DNA of 64,000 nucleotides from Candidatus Bathyarchaeota archaeon (GTDB lineage: Archaea; Thermoproteota; Bathyarchaeia; Bathyarchaeales; Bathycorpusculaceae). Made by a program: the position numbers and the translations under genes. Positions 59,842-64,000 of this stretch are shown here, in pieces. How positions within the stretch are numbered: position 1 is the stretch's first letter; each line of letters starts with the position of its first letter. The notes beneath the pieces were generated by a model. That model ran no database searches, was not told the origin of the DNA, and saw nothing but the letters and a program-made list of their open reading frames with translations. The stretch is from positions 128,001-192,000 of the forward strand of contig CAVYXJ010000012.1 in assembly GCA_963772455.1 (NCBI GenBank). The letters are read 5' to 3'.

Positions 59842-61308
59842 TATATGTTTATTTTTATCACTTTCGGTCTTTGCTTCAAAATCTTTTTCGGTACTATCTC
59901 TTTCTTCTTTGTATTCGCTTCGATCAGTGCCGGATTTTTCCTCAAAATCTTTTTTGTCACTATCCCTTTTTTCTTCGTAAGCTTTTTCTTTATTATCTCT
60001 TAGTTCTTCGAAGTCTTTTTTGTCAGTGTCAGTCTTTTCATCAAAAGCTTTTTCACGAATATCTCTTTGCTCTTTGTAGTCTCTTTCATTGGTATCTCTT
60101 ATTTTTTCGAAATCCTGCTTTTCGCTGTCAGTTTTTTCTTCAAAAGCTTTTTCGGTTACATCTCTTTGTTCTTTATACTCGGCCCTATCACTGCCAGATT
60201 TTTCGTCAAAATCTTTTTGTTTAATGTCAGTTTGTTTATCGAAATCTTTTCTTTCTCTTTTTTCTTTTTGTTTATAGGCTTTGTTCAATATTTTTTCCTC
60301 AATAGTTCCTAATCCATAAACTTGGAAAAATACGAAAGAAGTTACAAATACAAACCAGAAACCCGCAAAACCTGCTAGCAAACTTGAAGCTTGGGCCAAT
60401 GAAATATTGATTCCCAGAACTTGATAAAGACCACTGGAAATTATTTGTGAGAAGCCCGAAAGTGCTATTCCTTGATTGCTAATCGTACTAACAATTGTAT
60501 TTGTAATTACGACTTTATCTAATCCAGTGACTATTCCTAGCGCAACGAAAACAAGATATAACGCTGCAATGCTGCAAACCCAGGCCATGGTTTGATGAAA
60601 CAAGGGCTTAACCATGCTTTTTGGTTTTTTCTTAATAATCATTATTACGTCATGGAAATTAGCGATTTGAGTAGTGATGTTTTCTTCAAAATCCCCGCTG
60701 GGTTTTTTACGCTTTATTTTTGCCATTATTCTAACGAGAAATTTAAGAAGCCTTTTTGTTACAGAAACATTTGTACTCAAATAAACTATTAACACAAGTG
60801 GCAGTGCAAAGAACAACATGGTTATTCCAATAGCTGTTAAAACCAGAGCATTGACTGAATAAAACACAACCAAAAGAACCATCCCAATTATCAAGGATAA
60901 TATGGTAACTAAGAGTTCAAGAATGTCTTTAACTATTACAGAAGCTGCTACTTTTACTATATCTACGCCTTCATCTTTCCCCAGAAGATAAGTCATGAAG
61001 ATATCTCCCGACCATCCTCCAACTATAATGCAGTCAAGAAAAGCACCGACTCGACCAAGACAAAATACTCTTTTGAATGTGGTTTTTACTGAAACGTTAT
61101 CAAGGGTAGCCTTCCAAGCTAACGAATTGAATAATGCTTCACCTATGATACATAAGAAAACCAGAAAATAGATTGGAATACTTATACCGCTAATTATTAC
61201 AGCAACTTTTGTAATATCTGTAAAGAAAAAAAGGTAGACAACAAAAATTATGAAACCAATTATGGCTAGTAAACTAACCCATTTCTTAATTTCTGGTCTA
61301 TTTGACAT
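59737..61308 (-). CDS. Lysylphosphatidylglycerol-synthase TM-domain (UPF0104, flippase-like) protein with an 11-mer repeat tail
   Basis: W...L......F..VF....VGAF......GG.SGD, W......LY.VF.ALG; charged C-terminal repeats. Confidence 0.8.
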   Translation of the reverse strand: MSNRPEIKKWVSLLAIIGFIIFVVYLFFFTDITKVAVIISGISIPIYFLVFLCIIGEALFNSLAWKATLDNVSVKTTFKRVFCLGRVGAFLDCIIVGGWSGDIFMTYLLGKDEGVDIVKVAASVIVKDILELLVTILSLIIGMVLLVVFYSVNALVLTAIGITMLFFALPLVLIVYLSTNVSVTKRLLKFLVRIMAKIKRKKPSGDFEENITTQIANFHDVIMIIKKKPKSMVKPLFHQTMAWVCSIAALYLVFVALGIVTGLDKVVITNTIVSTISNQGIALSGFSQIISSGLYQVLGINISLAQASSLLAGFAGFWFVFVTSFVFFQVYGLGTIEEKILNKAYKQKEKRERKDFDKQTDIKQKDFDEKSGSDRAEYKEQRDVTEKAFEEKTDSEKQDFEKIRDTNERDYKEQRDIREKAFDEKTDTDKKDFEELRDNKEKAYEEKRDSDKKDFEEKSGTDRSEYKEERDSTEKDFEAKTESDKNKHIKRKGMRKKIFKEKMDKDKKDFKNNKAPENEKKVN

Positions 61309-61442
61309 TATTTAACAAATACCTAATTGTCTGTCCTATTAACTTACTGATTTTGCATTATATTCACTTTAAGTTTACGTTTTGATTAAACGCTTCAGCT
61401 CATGTGAGTTTACAGTTTCTTAGGACAGATTTCATTGGTTGT

Positions 61443-61652
61443 TTAGGCTTTCTTTGGTTTTATACATAGTTTAACGTTGATTTCAACGGTGTATTCTTTG
61501 TCCACGTTTCCAACTGCAAAGTTCCAGTTCTTTACTTCAACATCCATGTCCTGAAAATGATTCATTAAAGTATCCTTATATTCGCTTACGGTCTGGCCTA
61601 TTTTCTGCAACCGCTCAGTTATATCTATATTTTTATCAGTCATCAAAAACAC
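61443..61652 (-). CDS. Hypothetical small protein
   Basis: AGGTG RBS; ..F.DMDVEVK.W.FAV......TVE..VKL.IKPK. Confidence 0.65.
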   Translation of the reverse strand: MFLMTDKNIDITERLQKIGQTVSEYKDTLMNHFQDMDVEVKNWNFAVGNVDKEYTVEINVKLCIKPKKA

Positions 61653-61886
61653 CTAAAATTATTATTCAACATAACAAATAACCTTCTTTATGCTTCTTAA
61701 GTTTATGTTGCTGGGAACTAACACCAACGTCTTAATTCAACCTTCCAGGTGCATGCACATTTTCTTTGAGAGCGCTTATCTCCTTTATTATCAATCCATG
61801 ATTCTTTTTCAATGAAGTTGAAAGCATCCTCAGTAAAAGAAATCTTTAAATTTAAATTGAAAAATAAGAATTTAAAAAAACATTAA

Positions 61887-62393
61887 TCAGAAATATTTCA
61901 TAATGAAATCTCTAGCAGTCTTATGACTTGCCATGATTTCAACGATCTTTCTTGTAGCTTGAGTTAATTGCGTATCAAACAGTCTTGTTATAACCAGCGA
62001 AATCCCAAACACAAATACACCAAAGATAATTCCTGTGATAGCGTTTATTGTACCTACTGAAAATATGAAAAGGAATGTAACTGCTGATCCAATAATTCCC
62101 ATGATGAATGATCTTATAATGAAGTAGAGTCGATGCAACCACGTAGAAAACAAAAGAACCTTTATCACAGCTCTTTTCTCAATCTCACTTTCAGTTCCAT
62201 TGATATGCTTTGCTCCTATTTGTTGTAGAACGCTTCTTGCATAATGAATATCTGCTAAATGCAATATTCTTTTTGCGTAACGAACGTCGGATAAATCCGT
62301 TGAACTTGCACATTCAAGCTCTGACAAAATCCTTTGCGCAATTTCATCTATTATGGAATCTACTCTGTCTACTTTAGTAATTCTTGCAACCAT
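61887..62393 (-). CDS. Hypothetical membrane protein
   Basis: 168-aa ORF with two C-terminal TM helices. Confidence 0.7.
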   Translation of the reverse strand: MVARITKVDRVDSIIDEIAQRILSELECASSTDLSDVRYAKRILHLADIHYARSVLQQIGAKHINGTESEIEKRAVIKVLLFSTWLHRLYFIIRSFIMGIIGSAVTFLFIFSVGTINAITGIIFGVFVFGISLVITRLFDTQLTQATRKIVEIMASHKTARDFIMKYF

Positions 62394-62623
62394 TGTCCCA
62401 CCAGAGAAGAACCTGTGGATTTAAAGTGAAAAAGCAATTTCTCATAAACTAATTCAACGTCTTTCTTATGTTAGAAGCTTCAAGTTCTCTTTTAAGTGTT
62501 CGTGACTGAGGACCCACAGCAACAAGTACCTAGTTAACTTTTTCATCTAAAAATGGTGGAAAAATGGGTAGGCTTCTAAAAATAAGTCAATCTCAATTTA
62601 GAAGGATCAAATTCAAAGTTCAT

Positions 62624-62956
62624 TTATGCTTTTCTGGTTAAAGCTACGATGAGTCCAAGTAATCCTCCTAAAATAACTAGTGTTCCTCCTAGTCCGCCGC
62701 CGATTATGCCCACTATTATGAGTACGATTGCCCAGACAAGAGTACTTGCACTTCTAGCACCGATTATTGCAATGACACCGCAGATGATGCTGATGATACC
62801 ACCCCCGAAGGCGAGGCTAGCGAAGCCCCAGCCCCAATAAAGGAACGAAGGTCCAAAAGAAGATCCAATTAGTGATATCAAACCAAAGAGTACCAGCAAT
62901 ATTCCTCCTATAAGGGCTAAGATGTAAGCTATTTGAGAAATTGATGTATCTGCCAT
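62624..62956 (-). CDS. Gly-rich membrane protein (DUF4064-like)
   Basis: GGAGGTGA RBS before ATG at 62956; AYILALIGGIL...GG.L.ILGGLLGL. Confidence 0.75.
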   Translation of the reverse strand: MADTSISQIAYILALIGGILLVLFGLISLIGSSFGPSFLYWGWGFASLAFGGGIISIICGVIAIIGARSASTLVWAIVLIIVGIIGGGLGGTLVILGGLLGLIVALTRKA

Positions 62957-63299
62957 ATACGAATTCACCTCCCTTACATAGTAAATAAGGGATTTAGAAC
63001 TGTTCGAAAGCAACTTGCCGCCTGCATAACGTGAGTTCAGTTATTTTGACAAGAACTGAATTCTGTTATACAATCAGGACTTAGTTTGTGCCGCAAACAA
63101 AAATTCTATTGTTATTCTTTAGTTGAGCGCGAATAAAAAGGTTAGCCCTAAGTTAAATATTAAACAAGTATTAGGATCTAAATCTTTAGCTCTCAATGAA
63201 TGGCTGATGTTTTGACTAATTCTTGGGAAGGTTGGAAAGAATTAATTTAGTTGAGAATAATATTATTTGGACAATGTTGCCTTGAGTTGGTAAAAGATA

Positions 63300-63467
63300 A
63301 TGAATACTCTCTCTATACTTCTGGTTGGTTTAGGTCTTTGGCTAATCATAGACGGCGTTTTGAGTATAATTAAATATTCCGAGCAGAGTTTTCCTGAACA
63401 ACTAATTAGAGCAATAAGGTTTACAATTGGAATTATAATAATCGTTGTGAGCATAGTTCAAAATTAA
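63300..63467 (+). CDS. 55-aa 2-TM membrane protein (not in ORF track)
   Basis: MNTLSILLVGLGLWLIIDGVLSIIKY..Q...EQLIRAIRFTIGIIIIVVSIVQN*. Confidence 0.6.
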   Translation: MNTLSILLVGLGLWLIIDGVLSIIKYSEQSFPEQLIRAIRFTIGIIIIVVSIVQN

Positions 63468-63612
63468 ATAAATCGTGTCGAAAATGTTTCAGTGCCTTGT
63501 TGGATTTTGGACTGAATTGGCTTGGAAAAAGTGATGTTCTAAAGCCAATTATCTTTATATTCTTAAAATTACCCAATAATTATTGATCAGTTAGAAGTCG
63601 ACGGTTGTTCTC

Positions 63613-64000
63613 ATGAATCTTTCTACCCATATAGTATTTGGTATAATTGTTGGAGCCCTATTGTTTGGCAAACCAGAAATAGCACTAATGGTTGGAATCG
63701 GCTCTGCAATTAATGACCTCGATCGAGAATACGGTTTCTTTAGCAAAGAATCCTTTCGACGTCGACAAATTCACCGTGCACTATTTCATAATTTCTTGTT
63801 CATAGGTATAGTATATTTGATAAACCCTTTTTTTGGAATTGGAGCTTTTCTTCATTCATTTCTAGATTCATTCACAACAACAAGAGACAGAGGTGTTGAA
63901 TGGCTATACCCTTTTTCAAGATTGGTGTCTAAAGCAGTTTATGATTCAGACGGCAAAAAATTGCCTCTTGATCCAAAACATAAAATTTATTTTCTTTCCA
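63613..64000 (+). CDS. Membrane metal-dependent hydrolase (YdjM/DUF457-like), runs off the window end
   Basis: M...TH, G....DLD, HRALFHN, H..LD..T, GVEWLYPF. Confidence 0.85.
   Translation, partial: MNLSTHIVFGIIVGALLFGKPEIALMVGIGSAINDLDREYGFFSKESFRRRQIHRALFHNFLFIGIVYLINPFFGIGAFLHSFLDSFTTTRDRGVEWLYPFSRLVSKAVYDSDGKKLPLDPKHKIYFLS

Noticed and set aside
1261-63454. Numerous short ORFs antisense to identified genes
   Set aside because: They fully overlap well-supported CDSs on the opposite strand or frame and have no recognisable motifs.

Overview
Low-GC archaeal chromosome segment, most consistent with Bathyarchaeia. This is inferred from aIF-2beta, archaeal DnaG and PolB, an eL22-like protein, and expanded PQQ-type beta-propeller, Ig-like surface protein and PAS-histidine kinase families. 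Housekeeping genes (aIF-2beta, uppS, ychF, ppa, dnaG, polB, tupABC, cblTS) alternate with accessory regions rich in membrane-anchored surface proteins, sensor kinases and small proteins. About 15 single-base frameshifts, some in core genes, point to read or assembly indel errors, so several genes are reconstructed by eye. No rRNA, tRNA, CRISPR array or transposase was recognised. Main hunt results: (1) an ORF-poor ~1.4 kb island (40030-41480) with three strongly base-paired, G-U-rich plus-strand RNA-like blocks, flanked by two members of a repeated small-protein family; (2) a voltage-sensor domain fused to a DUF4239/bestrophin-like module, hidden by frameshifts; (3) a PolB with intact polymerase motifs but degenerate proofreading motifs; (4) dnaG apparently starting at ACG; (5) class III signal peptides on LemA and on a neighbouring micro-pilin; (6) a membrane-tethered wHTH regulator with candidate TGAAACA operators; (7) archaeal cblTS; (8) an 11-mer-repeat tail on a flippase-like protein.
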